Source: Nitrospinales bacterium (GTDB taxonomy: Bacteria; Nitrospinota; Nitrospinia; Nitrospinales; VA-1). Taken from it: a stretch of 64,000 nt of DNA. The notes beneath the pieces are model-generated. The model worked only from the letters and a program-made list of their open reading frames with translations, made no database searches and was not told where the DNA came from. Both the position numbers and the translations under genes were made by a program. The stretch lies in the NCBI GenBank assembly GCA_965223345.1, contig CBDCWG010000012.1:2912001-2976000 (forward strand), written 5' to 3'. Positions 1 to 10,908 of this stretch are shown piece by piece. Within the stretch, counting starts at the first letter, position 1. Every line of letters begins with the position of its first letter.

Positions 1-857
<857 letters not shown>

Positions 858-1069
858 AACAAAACTCCTTCCAACCCAACGGCGGCGGTTGGGCGACGGC
901 GCGGTTTCAGGGTGGCTCTAGGATACAGAAAGTTTCTCTGCAATTGAAGGGCGGAGTGTTCTCAAGCGGCAGCCGGGATGATTCGGCAGGGTGAAATCAG
1001 CACCGGAAGCGGGCATTGCGTGGGATTAAACTGAAATGGAAAAGCAGACGTGAAGGAATGCGGCCGGCG

Positions 1070-2113
1070 TTACTTTTTGACCAACCCATAACGAAACTGG
1101 TGGTAGAAATCGCGGACGCTTTCGTACTCGTCGATGGCGCTTTCCTCGATGGAGGCGATGTCGTCGATGATGAAGGAGGTGGAGTTGACCTGGTCGGCGG
1201 CGGTGGTTCCGGCGCCGATCAGAAACGGCGCGGAAGCGAAGTACGCGGGGCTCAGGAATGCGTCCGCCACCCGTCCGACGGCGTTTCTTCCGGTCGAGGG
1301 TCCGAGAAACGGCAGCACGATATAGGGACCGGTCGGCACATTGTGAAAGCCCAGCGCCTGGTCCATGTCCTCGTTGACGTTTTCGATGCCCCATTCCTGT
1401 CCGGCCACATCGAGCATGCCGCCGAAACCCAGCGTGGTGTTGATGACCAGCCGGCTGACGACACGGCCGGATTTTCCCAGATCCCCCTGAATGAGACTGC
1501 TGACCAGCTTCACCGGGGACAGGGCGTTGTCGAACACGTTGCGGATGGCGATGCGCACATCCTCGGGCAGTACATAGCGCCAGCCGCGCGCCACCGGCTC
1601 CATGGCGTATTCGTAGATGTTGTCGTTGACGCTGAACATGAAACGGTTGTAGGTCTCGAACGGATCCTTGAGTTCCGGGATATCCTCTTCGGCGCTCGGA
1701 GCGAACGGATCTTCCAGATCTTCAAATTGCAAATCGGCATCGTCGCCGCCGGCCCCGGCTCCGGCAGACATCGCTCCTCCTTCAAACGGATCGACCAGAT
1801 CGTCCGACTCACCGGCCTGTTCTTCCGACGATTCAGACGCACCGCTGCTTTCCGCATCCTCTTGCGGTTCGGCGTCCATGCCCTCCTGCCCTCCGGGCGG
1901 CGGCACTTTTTTCTCAAGCAGAATGGTGATGTCCGAGGACTGGGCGAAACGATTGTCCGGGGCGAGTTCGTAGATGAAGGGAGGCGAGTCGGCGGTTTGC
2001 AGGGATTCGTTTTGCGATGGGGCAGAAGCGGAAAGTGCGAGCGAGGGAACGAGCAACAGGCCCCAACCGCTCAAACTGAATAATCTCCGCTTCCATCCTC
2101 CGGCAGACTTCAT
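1070..2113 (-). CDS. mlaA: MlaA/VacJ family phospholipid-asymmetry protein with acidic N-terminal extension
   Basis: Motifs DPFETYNRFMFSVN, INTTLGFGG, EDMDQALG, GPYIVLPFLGPSTGR, YESVRDFY; N-terminal signal-like segment. Confidence 0.9.
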   Translation of the reverse strand: MKSAGGWKRRLFSLSGWGLLLVPSLALSASAPSQNESLQTADSPPFIYELAPDNRFAQSSDITILLEKKVPPPGGQEGMDAEPQEDAESSGASESSEEQAGESDDLVDPFEGGAMSAGAGAGGDDADLQFEDLEDPFAPSAEEDIPELKDPFETYNRFMFSVNDNIYEYAMEPVARGWRYVLPEDVRIAIRNVFDNALSPVKLVSSLIQGDLGKSGRVVSRLVINTTLGFGGMLDVAGQEWGIENVNEDMDQALGFHNVPTGPYIVLPFLGPSTGRNAVGRVADAFLSPAYFASAPFLIGAGTTAADQVNSTSFIIDDIASIEESAIDEYESVRDFYHQFRYGLVKK

Positions 2114-2376
2114 TGGAACCTTTCGAGTTTCAACTTTGCGACATTTTTTCAGCTAAAAAAAATCCCTTATCAGGGATGATACCACTACCTCCATGATTTG
2201 AATGCGTTAAGTTACAATATAACAAAAAGCAAACAAAATGAAAAAACATTTTGAGGATTTTTTTGCGTTTCAACAACGCCTGTGATTTTTTTTTCGCGTT
2301 GTTTTTATTCATCCCGCGCTTGAAAAATTTTTTTTTGCGGGCCGCAAACCCGCAGCGGGCAAGCGTGTGATCTGGA

Positions 2377-3135
2377 TCACGTTTTGCCTTGCGGTTCCGG
2401 CATGGCCTGGGACAACTGGCTCACGATCTTTTCCGATAAGATGACGTTGCCTTTGCGGGCGCGTTGCACGGTTTCCCACGCCGCTTCATAATCGTTCGCG
2501 TGCATCTGCGTCTCCACCAGCACTTCATACGCCGTGGCGTTGAACGGGTTGATCTCGAGCGCCTCGTCGAGCTTCTGCACCGCCTCCTTGTGGCGGCCCA
2601 GCTGATCGAGGGACGCGCCCATGTACGCGAGCGCGTTGCTGTTCTCCGGCGTCAACGCGATCACCTGGTCGTATTTCTCCAGCGCTTCCTCGAAACGCCC
2701 TTCCATCGCCAGGACCAGTCCCCAATATAAAAACGCTTTTGCATTTGTCGCATCCAGCTCGGTTGACTTTACAAATTTTTCAATGGCGGCGCTGCGCAGC
2801 CCGGATTTGACCAGCGAAATGCCCCACCAGGTGTGTGCCTGGGAACTTTTCGGATTCATCTGCGCGAGCTTTTCCGCCATTTCGGCGGCTTCGCTGTGCT
2901 TGCCGAGCGCGTTCAGTTCCTTGACGGCTTTGAGGGGGTCGAGCGGCTGGGCTTGCTGCTTCTCTTTCAGTTTTTTCAACTCTTCCTGCTGCTTTTCACG
3001 CTCCAGGACCGCCCTCTCCTGCGCTTCCTCGCGCTCGCGCACTTCCTCCAGCCTGGAAAAATAAGCTAAGACGGCGAATCCCAGAAATATGATGACATTG
3101 CACAGGACCCACACCAATTTCACTTTACGGGGCAT
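2377..3135 (-). CDS. Membrane-anchored TPR-repeat protein
   Basis: N-terminal TM helix, short coiled coil, then several TPR-like repeats (AHTWWGISL, AFLYWGLVL, ALAYMGASL). Confidence 0.85.
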   Translation of the reverse strand: MPRKVKLVWVLCNVIIFLGFAVLAYFSRLEEVREREEAQERAVLEREKQQEELKKLKEKQQAQPLDPLKAVKELNALGKHSEAAEMAEKLAQMNPKSSQAHTWWGISLVKSGLRSAAIEKFVKSTELDATNAKAFLYWGLVLAMEGRFEEALEKYDQVIALTPENSNALAYMGASLDQLGRHKEAVQKLDEALEINPFNATAYEVLVETQMHANDYEAAWETVQRARKGNVILSEKIVSQLSQAMPEPQGKT

Positions 3136-3428
3136 GCATGACCTCGGGTGACGGTTGTGTCCGGATCGCGATCCGGCGGGGTTTCAAAAAGACGCTTCGA
3201 TGCCGTGCGGGTGGCGTTTTCCCGAGTGGAATCCCTGCGGGAAAGGAAGGCGATGCGCATCCTGTCGATACGGGAAAATTCCAAGGCTGGGACCGGACCC
3301 ATTCGGCTCATAAAGGTCGATAAAGTATACATTTGTTCCTATTCAGGATCAAAGTTTCTTTGCCGCCGTCCGCATCGCACGCGTCCGGCCACTTTTCTTT
3401 CCTGCGAGAATCGCTGACGTCGCGCCGG

Positions 3429-6400
3429 TTACAAGGCGTCGAGCCATTTTTGCGCGTTGGCCTTCATTTTCGGGTTGCCCTGTTCCGGATCGGAATACCG
3501 GAGAAACTGCTCCAGGTGCGTGCGCGCCCGTTTCGGGTCGCGGCTCTGGAACTGCCGGCCGAGATAATAATGCGCCGGGGCGAACTTCGGATCGAAACGC
3601 AGCGCCCGCTCGAACTCGGCCACCGCCTTTTCGGGCCGGTTGCGGAAGGCGTGCGCGAGCCCCAGGTTCAGGCTCACGGCGCTGTCCCCCGCGTACCACT
3701 GCTGGACATCGGTGAGCAGCTTCTCGGCTTGTTCGGGCCGGGCGGTGGAAAGGTACAGCTCGCTCAGCGCCACCGCGCCGAACACGTAATAGGGATTCAC
3801 TCTCAGCGTCGTCTGATAGGCGGCTTCCGCTTTATCGACCAGCTTGAGCGCTTTGAAGATGTTTCCCATGTTGAAATAGGTCAGCACGTGCTCCGGGTCG
3901 AGTTTGAGGATCTGCGAGTAACGCTGCAGGGCTTCCGCCGTCCTTCCGTTCTGAAAATCGAACTGCGCTTCGTTCAAAAGCCGTTCGATCTGCGCCTGGC
4001 GCTTGATCTCGCGCACCTGGCTTTCGGAGCGCTGCAATTGCGACAGTTGTTGCCGCACGCGATCACGGGCCGGCGCATCGGTGTCCTCAAACACCACAAA
4101 CTCCGGATCGATCTGGAAAAACGGCGAGAGCTGCCGCACCAGCGCATCGCGGTCGTCCTTGTAGATGTAGCGCGGCGCGCTGAACTCCAGCAGGGAATTG
4201 TCGTCGGTGTGGATCGGCGCATCGAGGCTGAAGCGCACCAGACCGCCCCGGTCCATGATCATGAGGCTCATCAGGTCGTAAATGTTTTCGATGCCGATAC
4301 GCGCAAGATCCCTCTGGATGGTTTCCTTTTGCAGGAATGCAGCGAACCCTTCGTAGGACAGCCGGTAATCCCGGGAGGAACCGATCAGCAGGTAATCGTC
4401 GCCGACGATCGACTCCCACATGGTCACGTAGGGAAAGGCTTCGCTGAAGGAACGGGTGATCGACTTGAAACTGTCGGGCGACATATTTGTGTGGACCCAG
4501 ATGCAGGCGATCCCATTCGGAGTGAGGCGCTTTTTCAGCAGGTCGAAGAAATCGATGGTGAACAGCGCGCCGACGCCGGAGATCCACGGGTTGGAGGGCT
4601 CGGACACGATCACGTCGTATTGCTTGTCCGACAGGGCCACGTGGTTGCGCCCGTCTTCCAGGATGACGTTGACGCGTTCATCGTCGAGGGCCTGATGATT
4701 GAACGGGCCGAAAAACTTCGAGCCTTCGATCACCGCAGGCGAGATCTCCACCAGGTCGATGGCCTCGACCGGAAACTGCTCGACGGCCCCCAGGGTGATG
4801 CCGCTGCCCTGCCCGATCACCAGCGCCTGTTTCGGCTCTTCGCTGAAAAACAGCGGCAGGTAGCCGGACAAGAGCTGCGTGCGCATGTCCAGCGCCAGCG
4901 AGGCGTCAGTCTTGCCGTTGACGCGCAGAAAGATGTTGCCCGACACGGACAGCTCGGTGGTCACGGTGGTGTGCATGCCTTCCTTGTAAAACAGGATCTT
5001 GTTCTTGGCGTTCTCGGCCTCGCTCAGGTCCTTGATGCGGTACGGCATGAAGGAACCGCTGGAGATCACCGCTTTGTCCCATCCTTCTACCATACGGCCG
5101 CCGAACAGCGCGACGAGCAGCGCCAGCGGCAGCACGGTCAGTTTGTACGTCGGGCGCAGCGTCGCGGAGCGGCTGAGAATGAGGACACCGAGCACCCCGT
5201 TCAGCAGCACCGCCGCCAGCACCGTGTTCTGGATGCCGATCCAGGGGATCAGCACGAATCCGCCCAGAAAGGAGCCGATGATCGTGCCGACGGTGTTGGA
5301 GGCGTAGACCCGCCCGACGTTGTGCCCGAGCGTCTCCAGTTCCTGCGCCACCAGCTTCACCACGACGGGAAACTGTCCGCCCATCAGAAACGTCGGCACG
5401 AACAGCAGCGTGAAAATGATGGCGAAATTGGAAAACTGGATCGAGGTGAAATCGACGCTCCAGTTCTGATAGATCCAGCGGTTGACGAAGGGGATCTCGC
5501 CGAACAGCGGCAGGACCGCCAGCGCGGAAAAGCCGATGCCGAGCTGCAGCAGCCCGAAGACCTTCACCCGGTCGGCAAACCGGTGCTGCCAGCGGGAAAA
5601 CGCCAGCGTGCCGAGCGCCAGCCCGAGGATGAAGGTGGTCAGGATCAGGCCGAACGCGTACACCGACGACCCCAATAGCAGCGAAAGCACGCGGTTCCAG
5701 GCGATCTGGTACACCAGCGCGGACACGCCGGACAATCCGAAAGCCAAAAGGAGAGCGACGGTCTTTACGTTCAGCCTGCCTGTGGACTGCGCGGCCGGCG
5801 CGGCCTCCCCATCCCGTGCCAGGGACGGCCGGAACAGCACGAAGATCACCGCGGCGATTCCGAGGTTCAGGGCCGCCGCGATGTGGATGGTGGCGCTCAC
5901 GCCCCACAGCCGCATCAGCAGAAACGCGCTGGCCAGCGCCCCGATCACCGCGCCGAAGGTGTTGACGGCGTACAGCGTACCGACGTCGCGGCCGATGGCG
6001 CCGGATTCTTTCGAGACGAACTTGCTGAGCACCGGAAGGGTCGCGCCCATGAAGGTGGTGGGGATGAGCAGGATGCCGCCGCAGATGAGAAAGCGCAGAA
6101 AGCTGGCGCTGGCGTAGGACTGCGACGTATCCAGGTAGATGGACTTGAACAGCGGGTGCGCCCAGTCGATGAGAGCGGGGATCAGCAGGCAGTACAGGCC
6201 GATGGCGGCTTCCAGCAGGGCGTAAACGGCGAGCGGGTTGAAGTAGCGGTCGATGATGCGGCCGCCCAGGTAGCTCCCGAGCGCCAGCCCTCCCATGAAG
6301 GAGGTGAGGACCGTGGCCACTGAATAATGGGTGTTGCCCATGACCAGGGTCAGCAGGCGCGTCCACACCACTTCATAGATCAGGCCCGTCGCACCGGAGA

Positions 6401-6452
6401 TGAGGAAGAAAAGGAATATCCAGAATCTCGACTGCGGGTTGAAAGTGGCCAA
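3429..6452 (-). CDS. Fused multi-TM / spermidine-synthase-like SAM-binding protein with C-terminal TPRs
   Basis: Duplicated N-terminal membrane module (SGATGLIYEVVW ... SGVSALVYQIAW), then a Rossmann-like domain (LVIGQGSGIT, DLVEIS, EDGR, DVIVSEPSNPW), then TPRs. Confidence 0.88.
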   Translation of the reverse strand: MATFNPQSRFWIFLFFLISGATGLIYEVVWTRLLTLVMGNTHYSVATVLTSFMGGLALGSYLGGRIIDRYFNPLAVYALLEAAIGLYCLLIPALIDWAHPLFKSIYLDTSQSYASASFLRFLICGGILLIPTTFMGATLPVLSKFVSKESGAIGRDVGTLYAVNTFGAVIGALASAFLLMRLWGVSATIHIAAALNLGIAAVIFVLFRPSLARDGEAAPAAQSTGRLNVKTVALLLAFGLSGVSALVYQIAWNRVLSLLLGSSVYAFGLILTTFILGLALGTLAFSRWQHRFADRVKVFGLLQLGIGFSALAVLPLFGEIPFVNRWIYQNWSVDFTSIQFSNFAIIFTLLFVPTFLMGGQFPVVVKLVAQELETLGHNVGRVYASNTVGTIIGSFLGGFVLIPWIGIQNTVLAAVLLNGVLGVLILSRSATLRPTYKLTVLPLALLVALFGGRMVEGWDKAVISSGSFMPYRIKDLSEAENAKNKILFYKEGMHTTVTTELSVSGNIFLRVNGKTDASLALDMRTQLLSGYLPLFFSEEPKQALVIGQGSGITLGAVEQFPVEAIDLVEISPAVIEGSKFFGPFNHQALDDERVNVILEDGRNHVALSDKQYDVIVSEPSNPWISGVGALFTIDFFDLLKKRLTPNGIACIWVHTNMSPDSFKSITRSFSEAFPYVTMWESIVGDDYLLIGSSRDYRLSYEGFAAFLQKETIQRDLARIGIENIYDLMSLMIMDRGGLVRFSLDAPIHTDDNSLLEFSAPRYIYKDDRDALVRQLSPFFQIDPEFVVFEDTDAPARDRVRQQLSQLQRSESQVREIKRQAQIERLLNEAQFDFQNGRTAEALQRYSQILKLDPEHVLTYFNMGNIFKALKLVDKAEAAYQTTLRVNPYYVFGAVALSELYLSTARPEQAEKLLTDVQQWYAGDSAVSLNLGLAHAFRNRPEKAVAEFERALRFDPKFAPAHYYLGRQFQSRDPKRARTHLEQFLRYSDPEQGNPKMKANAQKWLDAL

Positions 6453-6481
6453 GGGAACGGAGCCCGATGCAGGGCGTGGGA

Positions 6482-7384
6482 TTACTGTTCTTCGGACACC
6501 TTTTTGGATCGCGCGCAGCGGAATCCGACGATGGCGTCCTTGCGTCCCGGTGTGGCCGCAAAACGCTTGGCCACGCGGATGTCAACGGTTCGATGGTCCC
6601 AGGAGCCGCCGCGGTACACCCGGTTTTTCTTGTTTTCCGGACCGGTGGGGTTCATGAGGGGCGCGACCTGGTAGTAGAACTGGTCGTAAAAATCCTCCAC
6701 CCATTCGGAGACGTTGCCCGCCATGTCGTACACACCGTAGACACTGCGGCCCATCGGGAAACTGCCCACGGGAGCCATGTACTCGTAGCCGTCGGCCTTG
6801 CCGGCCAGGTTGGCGCGCTTGTCGAGCATCTTGTTGCCCCAGGGATATTTCAGGCCGTGCGTGCCGCGCGCCGCTTTTTCCCACTCGGCTTCGGTGGGAA
6901 GTCGTTTGCCTGCCCACTTGCAGTAGTTGACGGCGTCGTTCCAGGACACACCGACCACAGGGAAATTAGGGGTCTTGAGGATGGATTGGTCCGCTTTGAA
7001 AAACGGCACGGAGGGTTCCACGTAATTGGCGGCGCGGCGGAATTTGTTGTAGGACTCGACGCTGACCTCGTGCTTGTCGATGTAAAACGCATCGAGGTAG
7101 ATCTCCTGCTGCGGCTTTTCGTCAAAGCCGCCGGAATCCGACCCGCGCGTGAAAATGCCTTCGGGAATCAGGATCATCTCGCGCCCGTCTTCCCCCATGA
7201 GCGTTTCAAAGATGCTGAAATCGCGGTTGTCCTCGATTTCCACCTGTTTGGCCTTCACAGCCAGTTTCTGGAATTCCTTGTCGGAGTCGATCGACTTTTT
7301 GATCTCCCAGATGATCACCAGAAGAAACAAAACTGTGATGGCAAAACAGGCAATGATGCCTATCATTAAGTTTTTATCTCGCAT
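6482..7384 (-). CDS. Formylglycine-generating-enzyme (FGE/SUMF1) fold protein, membrane anchored
   Basis: FYIDKHEVS, PVVGVSWNDA, RLPTEAEWEKAARG, GVYDMAGNVSEW, RGGSW, GFRC; N-terminal TM. Confidence 0.92.
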   Translation of the reverse strand: MRDKNLMIGIIACFAITVLFLLVIIWEIKKSIDSDKEFQKLAVKAKQVEIEDNRDFSIFETLMGEDGREMILIPEGIFTRGSDSGGFDEKPQQEIYLDAFYIDKHEVSVESYNKFRRAANYVEPSVPFFKADQSILKTPNFPVVGVSWNDAVNYCKWAGKRLPTEAEWEKAARGTHGLKYPWGNKMLDKRANLAGKADGYEYMAPVGSFPMGRSVYGVYDMAGNVSEWVEDFYDQFYYQVAPLMNPTGPENKKNRVYRGGSWDHRTVDIRVAKRFAATPGRKDAIVGFRCARSKKVSEEQ

Positions 7385-7563
7385 TTTCGCGCTGAACTGG
7401 AAAAGTTTGTTGGGAAAAAAACAAAAAGTTGATTATAGTTTAAAAGAAATTTAAAGCAATGAAAAAGCTGTGCAAACGGCTGTTGCAGCGCGGGCGGGCG
7501 GACTTTTTCAGGCTCAATGGAAACGGGCATTTCGGGCGGAATCGGCGGGGAGAAACGGCGGCT

Positions 7564-8388
7564 ATGGACTTACTGACAGCCAAGGATGCGGCGCTGGAAT
7601 ACAGCCGGCAGGCGGAAAAAGAGATCCTCAAATGGTTCCGCAGGGACCTGCAGGTGGAAGCCAAATCGGACCTGTCGCCGGTGACGGTGGCGGACCGCAA
7701 TGCCGAGCAGATCCTGCGGAAAAACATCAATGCGGATTATCCGAATTGCGGGATCATCGGCGAGGAGTTCGGCAACGAAAACGAGGATGCGGAGTGGGTG
7801 TGGACGCTGGACCCGATCGACGGCACCCGCTCCTTCGTGCGCGGCCTGCCCCTGTTCGCGGTGCTCACCGCCCTGCTGCACAAGGGCAAACCGGTGCTGG
7901 GAACGCTGGCCCTGCCCGCCATCGGCGAAACCTTCTGGGCCGTCGAGGGGCACGGCGCCTGGTGTGGCGACGAGCGGCTGTCCGTCTCGCCGCAGACCGA
8001 CCTGTCCCGCTCTCTGGTCGCGATTGCGGATCTGTACTGCTTTGAGCAGGAAAAGCGCAAGGCGCTGGTGCGCTGGCTGGAAAAGGAAGCGGCGATGGTG
8101 CGCACCTATCCGGACGCGTTCGGGCACATTCTGGCGGCGCGGGGCGCGGTGGATGTGATGGTCGATCCGCTGGCCAAGATCTGGGATTATGCGCCCTGCA
8201 AAATCCTGGTGGAGGAAGCGGGCGGGGAATTCGCCAATTTCACCGGCAACCGGTCCAGTATCCGCGAGGGCACGGGCCTTTCGGGCAATGCAAAACTGGT
8301 GCAGAAGATCCGGAAACAGCTGGCCGGGAAGGGTAAAGCGTCGAAACCCGCGGCGAAAACCCCGCGGAAACGCAAGCGAAGCCGCTGA
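7564..8388 (+). CDS. Inositol-monophosphatase family protein, probable histidinol-phosphatase (HisN-like)
   Basis: SPVTVADR, GIIGEEFG, WTLDPIDGTRSF, WDYAP. ATG at 7564 chosen over the longer ORF start at 7459. Confidence 0.85.
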   Translation: MDLLTAKDAALEYSRQAEKEILKWFRRDLQVEAKSDLSPVTVADRNAEQILRKNINADYPNCGIIGEEFGNENEDAEWVWTLDPIDGTRSFVRGLPLFAVLTALLHKGKPVLGTLALPAIGETFWAVEGHGAWCGDERLSVSPQTDLSRSLVAIADLYCFEQEKRKALVRWLEKEAAMVRTYPDAFGHILAARGAVDVMVDPLAKIWDYAPCKILVEEAGGEFANFTGNRSSIREGTGLSGNAKLVQKIRKQLAGKGKASKPAAKTPRKRKRSR

Positions 8389-8490
8389 ATGCAGTCGATG
8401 GCATGCAGGGAGCAACGGGTGTGACCCGTTTCAAATAGAGATTGTGCGGATTATGCGAATAGAGGAAAGCGGAACAGGTGAATCGGGGCG

Positions 8491-8880
8491 CTAGAATACG
8501 GAAATCGGCTGCCGGCCCGAGAACCCGGAGTCGAGATCGTGCCAGTAGCGGATCTCCTTTTCCGGAACCTTCCAGCACAGATAGACTTCCTTGCCTTCGC
8601 GCAGGGAGGGGAAATCCACCAGACCGTCGTTGATCCCCTTTAAAATACAGCCCGAGGCTTCCAGGTCCTTGATGAAGTTGTTCAGACTGATCGCGGCTTT
8701 CAGGTAGGCCGCTCCCTGGGCGCTGCCGCCGTTGTACTTGTGCTTTTCCCAGGCGTTTTTGACATCCGGGTAATCGTTCATCAACTCCGAGGCCAGCTTC
8801 TGGATGCGGGGAACTTCATCCAACAATTTGGGCACAAACGAGTTGGCTTCCTTCAAGGTGAAATATTTTTTTTGCGACAT
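8491..8880 (-). CDS. DUF2203-like protein
   Basis: FTLKEAN ... GLVDFPS ... VYLCWK..E..IRYWH....GFSGRQPI pattern. Confidence 0.85.
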   Translation of the reverse strand: MSQKKYFTLKEANSFVPKLLDEVPRIQKLASELMNDYPDVKNAWEKHKYNGGSAQGAAYLKAAISLNNFIKDLEASGCILKGINDGLVDFPSLREGKEVYLCWKVPEKEIRYWHDLDSGFSGRQPISVF

Positions 8881-9180
8881 GACGGATGATTTCCCTTCGG
8901 GCTGATGGAACGAAACATTCAGGAAAATTAAATAGGGATTAATTTTCTATTATTAAATATTTATTATATTTGATTATTCTGGCATTTCCCATCGAAAAAT
9001 GGCCCGAAAAGGAAAAAAACGCCCATAAATCAAATAATTTCAATAATTTATGATTATCGGTCCGCGAAAGTGGGATGGGGAAGCGGCAAAATTCGGATTA
9101 TCGGAATTGCGCGCTCGCCTGCGGGAGGGCTTCGGGCCGCTGGGGTTTGCCCGAAATGCCTTCACAAATCGGTTTTTTTA

Positions 9181-9209
9181 TTGACAAAACCTTCATATGA
9201 TTATAAATT
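9181..9209 (+). promoter_or_regulatory. Putative sigma70 promoter for the 9397 gene
   Basis: TTGACA (9181-9186), 17 nt spacer, TAAATT (9204-9209) in an AT-rich intergenic region. Confidence 0.55.
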
Positions 9210-9396
9210 TTCACCACTGTGAAAAACCATTCATTATGGGTTTACTCTATTTAAATTAAAAAAATCCATCTAATAGACAGATGCCCGAGGGGGGGTGAAA
9301 GAAAAAACTCGGCAACTGATTATTATATCGCGCGATTGAACGATTTTTTTTGGTTTTAGTTGGATGTTTTTCCATCTTTATTCGGGAGGCTAAGTA

Positions 9397-9846
9397 ATGA
9401 AGAAATTAGTGTTGGTAGCAGCAGTTTTCGTTTTCGTATTTGGAATGGGCTCCGTCGCCATGGCCGATGACGTGATTCCGGGCGCCTACTCCCAGCAGGA
9501 TCAGAGCGTGATGGGTGTGGGACAGACGATCATGCAGATGGGCGCACGCGACCGCGCACTCACGAACGCAGTCAACCGGGCTTCCCGCGCACACCGCTCT
9601 CTCGGTGATGCGTTCGGCGATGTGAATGCCAGCTATCAGTTCGGTTCCTCTCAGTCCGATCAATCCTGGAAAGCCGCCCGCACCGTTGAAGAAGCTCAGG
9701 TTCGCGGACTGGTTCCCGGCGACTGTCAGGGCGACAATTCCACGGATGCTTACAGGAAGCAGATGGGTCAGAGCCGTGATGGCTTCATGGAAGAAAAACT
9801 GGTATCCAACGCTCAGTGTGGCGAATACCATCCGACCCTGAAGTAA
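9397..9846 (+). CDS. Secreted hypothetical protein (149 aa)
   Basis: GGAGG RBS; signal peptide MKKLVLVAAVFVFVFGMGSVAMA; followed by a terminator. Confidence 0.85.
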   Translation: MKKLVLVAAVFVFVFGMGSVAMADDVIPGAYSQQDQSVMGVGQTIMQMGARDRALTNAVNRASRAHRSLGDAFGDVNASYQFGSSQSDQSWKAARTVEEAQVRGLVPGDCQGDNSTDAYRKQMGQSRDGFMEEKLVSNAQCGEYHPTLK

Positions 9847-9866
9847 GAAATGCTTTGATTTTCCGG

Positions 9867-9895
9867 GCGGGGGGACTTTCCCCCCGCTTTTTTTT
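9867..9895 (+). terminator. Rho-independent terminator
   Basis: GCGGGGGGA-CTT-TCCCCCCGC followed by T8. Confidence 0.85.
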
Positions 9896-9996
9896 ATGCA
9901 AACCGGCAGGCTTTTTGTCTGCCGGTTTTGTTTTTTTCGGCGGGTTTTCGGAATTCCGGGGGGAGAGATCTCTTTGAATTTGTTATTCTAAATCGT

Positions 9997-10500
9997 ATGA
10001 TCCCGAAAAAGAAACCCCGCACTCCGGCCGCCTTCCCGATCCCGCCCTTCTGGAAAAACCCAGGGGAAGGCGGCACATTCCTGGTGTTGTGCCTTTCTTT
10101 CATGCTTCTGTCATCCCTGCGTCCCGCAACGGTGTTCGCCGGCGATTTCCAGCCCGTATCCCTGAAAAAATACCCGCAATTGAGCGTCGTGGTCCCCAAT
10201 CCCCTGGACATGACCAAACTGCCTGCGGGAAAAACCTTTCAGGTGACGGAAGACGGCTTCATCCTGCAGTTTTATTTCGACGGCCGGGACGTCTACGGGA
10301 TTATTTTTAAACGGAAAAAGTATCTGTCCCTGTATGTGGAATGGTGCTTTTTCAAATCCTGCGAGGAAAGCCAGTACAATTACATCGTCCAAATCGCGGA
10401 AGCCTACAAGCCGCCCTACGATCAGGATTTTTTTTCGATCAAACTGCCCGCCCGCCTGTCATATCGTTTTCAGGGAATGAAGTTTTTCACGTCAGAATAA
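9997..10500 (+). CDS. Hypothetical exported protein
   Basis: Hydrophobic segment ending in VFA|G and genome-like codon usage; start uncertain (9928, 9997 or later). Confidence 0.7.
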   Translation: MIPKKKPRTPAAFPIPPFWKNPGEGGTFLVLCLSFMLLSSLRPATVFAGDFQPVSLKKYPQLSVVVPNPLDMTKLPAGKTFQVTEDGFILQFYFDGRDVYGIIFKRKKYLSLYVEWCFFKSCEESQYNYIVQIAEAYKPPYDQDFFSIKLPARLSYRFQGMKFFTSE

Positions 10501-10639
10501 TTCGACTTCCATCCCCGGCCACTCCGCTGCTGCAGGAAATCACCTGCAGGAAATCCGCGCCCGAAATTTCCCCAAGATTAACACTTCTTAATTAATTATT
10601 TTTAACATTTCTTTATGCCAATTCCTGCTATGATTAACT

Positions 10640-10735
10640 TAATTCTTACAGACAAAGGCGGACTCCACTCACCAGTTAGAGGTTGTCTCCTCCTCCGGTA
10701 CCCGCTGGGGCGTGGTTTCCGCCATTGTTTTTTTC
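10640..10735 (+). ncRNA. Candidate small RNA: long hairpin with a CUCCUCCUCC loop
   Basis: Extended -10 TGCTATGAT (10626-10634); stem GGCGGACTCCACTCACCAG / CTGGGGCGTGGTTTCCGCC (10657-10723) enclosing CTCCTCCTCC; T-rich tail. Confidence 0.45.
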
Positions 10736-10908
10736 TCCCACCGTTTATCAGTCTTCCCTTTCAGCCTGACTTCGCCCGATCGGTCGCATCGCGTTTCGCA
10801 TCGTTTTTCTTATCATTCCCCCGCGCCGCCTTTTTACAGGCGGCGGCAAGCGCCGGTGAGTTTGCTATAATGAACGCACCATCATTCAATATCGGTTGAG
10901 AGGATTCC

